Positions 62,701 through 64,000 of a stretch of 64,000 nucleotides of DNA are shown piece after piece. Source of the DNA: Scenedesmus sp. PABB004. Its lineage: Eukaryota. The notes under the pieces are model-generated. The model saw only the letters and a program-made list of their open reading frames with translations, searched no databases and had not been told where the DNA came from. The DNA lies in contig JABVCE010000048.1 in the NCBI GenBank assembly GCA_014905635.1, positions 1 through 64,000 on the forward strand, read 5' to 3'. How positions within the stretch are numbered: the first letter of the stretch is position 1; the number at the start of each line of letters is the position of its first letter. The position numbers were made by a program, and so were the translations under genes.

Positions 62701-64000
62701 CAGCAGGCCCAGCGTGGACTCGTCGAGAAACTCTGTCACCTGGGAGGCACGGCGGTGCGGGCGGGGGTCGGGCGGAGCAGGCGGCGGGAGCGGCGGCGGC
62801 GCGCGGCCGGGCCGCGGCGGCGCGCGCCCGCGCGCACACCTTGGCGAGCGAGGGCGTGAGGTTGCACAGCAGCAGCAGGCCCTGGCGGGGAAGCAGGCCG
62901 TGAGACGGGAGGGCGCGGCGCGCGGGCGGGGGCGGCGCGGGTCGGCCGGGCGCCCGCCGTGCGGGCGGGCTGGCGGCGCGCCCTGCCGCGGGGCTGGCGG
63001 CGGCGCCGCGCGTGCGGCGGGGCGGCTGCGGCGGCGCGGCGGCGCACCATCATGAGGAACGCTCCCACAAAGGCACACCACAGGCGGTGCACGCGCTCGC
63101 TAGCGATGCCGACCAGCACCAAGACCACAATCGCGAGCCCGAGCCAGTTCTTGGCGGGGCCGAGCCGCCCCAGCTCGCTGAAGTGGATCTCAACCACCGC
63201 CTGCGCGCGATCGCGGCGGCGGGCGGTGGGCGGCGGCGGGCGGGCGCGGCGCGGCGCGGCGGCCTGCCTGCCCTGCAGGGGGCGCGGCAGGCGGCAGGGT
63301 CGGCAGCGCGGGCCGCGAGCGCGGCCCGCCGCGCCGGCGCCGCGCGCGCCTGGCCGGGCGTGTTGAGCGACCACACGAGGTGGGTGTCGCGCCCGGGCAC
63401 AAACGCGGGCGTGAGCGAGGCGGGCGTGAGCGCGGCGTTGCACTTGACCGCCGCACCCTCCTTGAGCGCACAGCCGAGCGGCGCGCTGACGGGGGTGAAG
63501 CCGAACGCGGCCGGCGGGATGACGCTGGCAGCGAGCTCGGCGACCGGCGGCGACAGCACCGGCGCCGGCGGCGTCGCGTTGCGCTGCATCAAGGTGACGG
63601 TCAGCATCGGCAGCGCCGCCGCGGGCGCGGCCCCGTGCGCGGTCGCGGCGGCCGTCGACGCGAGGCGGCGCTGCGGGCGCGCGAGCTCCGTCGCGGCGCG
63701 GCGGCGCAGCGCGAGGCCCTCCAGCGCGGCGGGGTCCTGCGGGCGCGCGGGCGGGCGGACGGGCGGGCCCGCCGTCGCCTGCGTGGCCTGCCCGCCCCGC
63801 GCGCGCGCACGCGCGCAGCTGGCACGGGCGTGCGGCAGGGGCAGCGCCGCGCGTCGCGGCCAAACCTTGAGCGCCCGGCCGGCGCCGGGGGCGCCGCGCA
63901 GGAGCGGCGCCAGCGCCGCCGAGGCCTCCCGCGTGAGCGCGCCGGCCGCCGCGCCGAGCAGGCTGCGGCGGTGGCGGTGGCCGCCGGTCGTGTCCCCCGC
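59710..64000 (-). CDS. P-protein/OCA2-like (ArsB/NhaD superfamily) transporter, 5' end unresolved or outside window
   Basis: TLGLLFGMMILVG, SAWLDNVTTMLL, SNIGGTATMVGDPPNIIIG, VEWDMLLFFAALFVMVE, FLDNIPFT, WALAFGACFGG, IGASANIV. Confidence 0.92.

Overview
Very GC-rich, intron-dense eukaryotic DNA, most consistent with a chlorophyte green alga (TGTAA poly(A) signals, ~150-bp introns, plastid transit peptides); the taxon is an inference. The left 27.5 kb is a repeat block: a Ty1/copia element (5' LTR outside the window), then a ~9-kb array of a 172-bp satellite with higher-order structure. One satellite monomer is split by a 12.9-kb nest of LINEs: an L1-type element inserted into an inverted copy of its own 3' end (12-bp TSD), itself interrupted by an RTE/RTEX-type LINE (8-bp TSD, (TATCTT)n tail) encoding two Tudor-like repeats. 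This resembles a Zepp-style self-nesting centromeric or heterochromatic locus. The right 36.5 kb holds 11 intron-containing genes: F-box/LRR, a hypothetical protein, plastid PGM, MECR, NAA15, bHLH, LBP/BPI, a plastid protein, a GNW-motif flagellar-like protein, an oxidase-CFA synthase-membrane fusion and a partial OCA2-like transporter. A NAA15 intron carries a convincing H/ACA snoRNA, and GC-AG introns are unusually frequent. Gene limits were read by eye.
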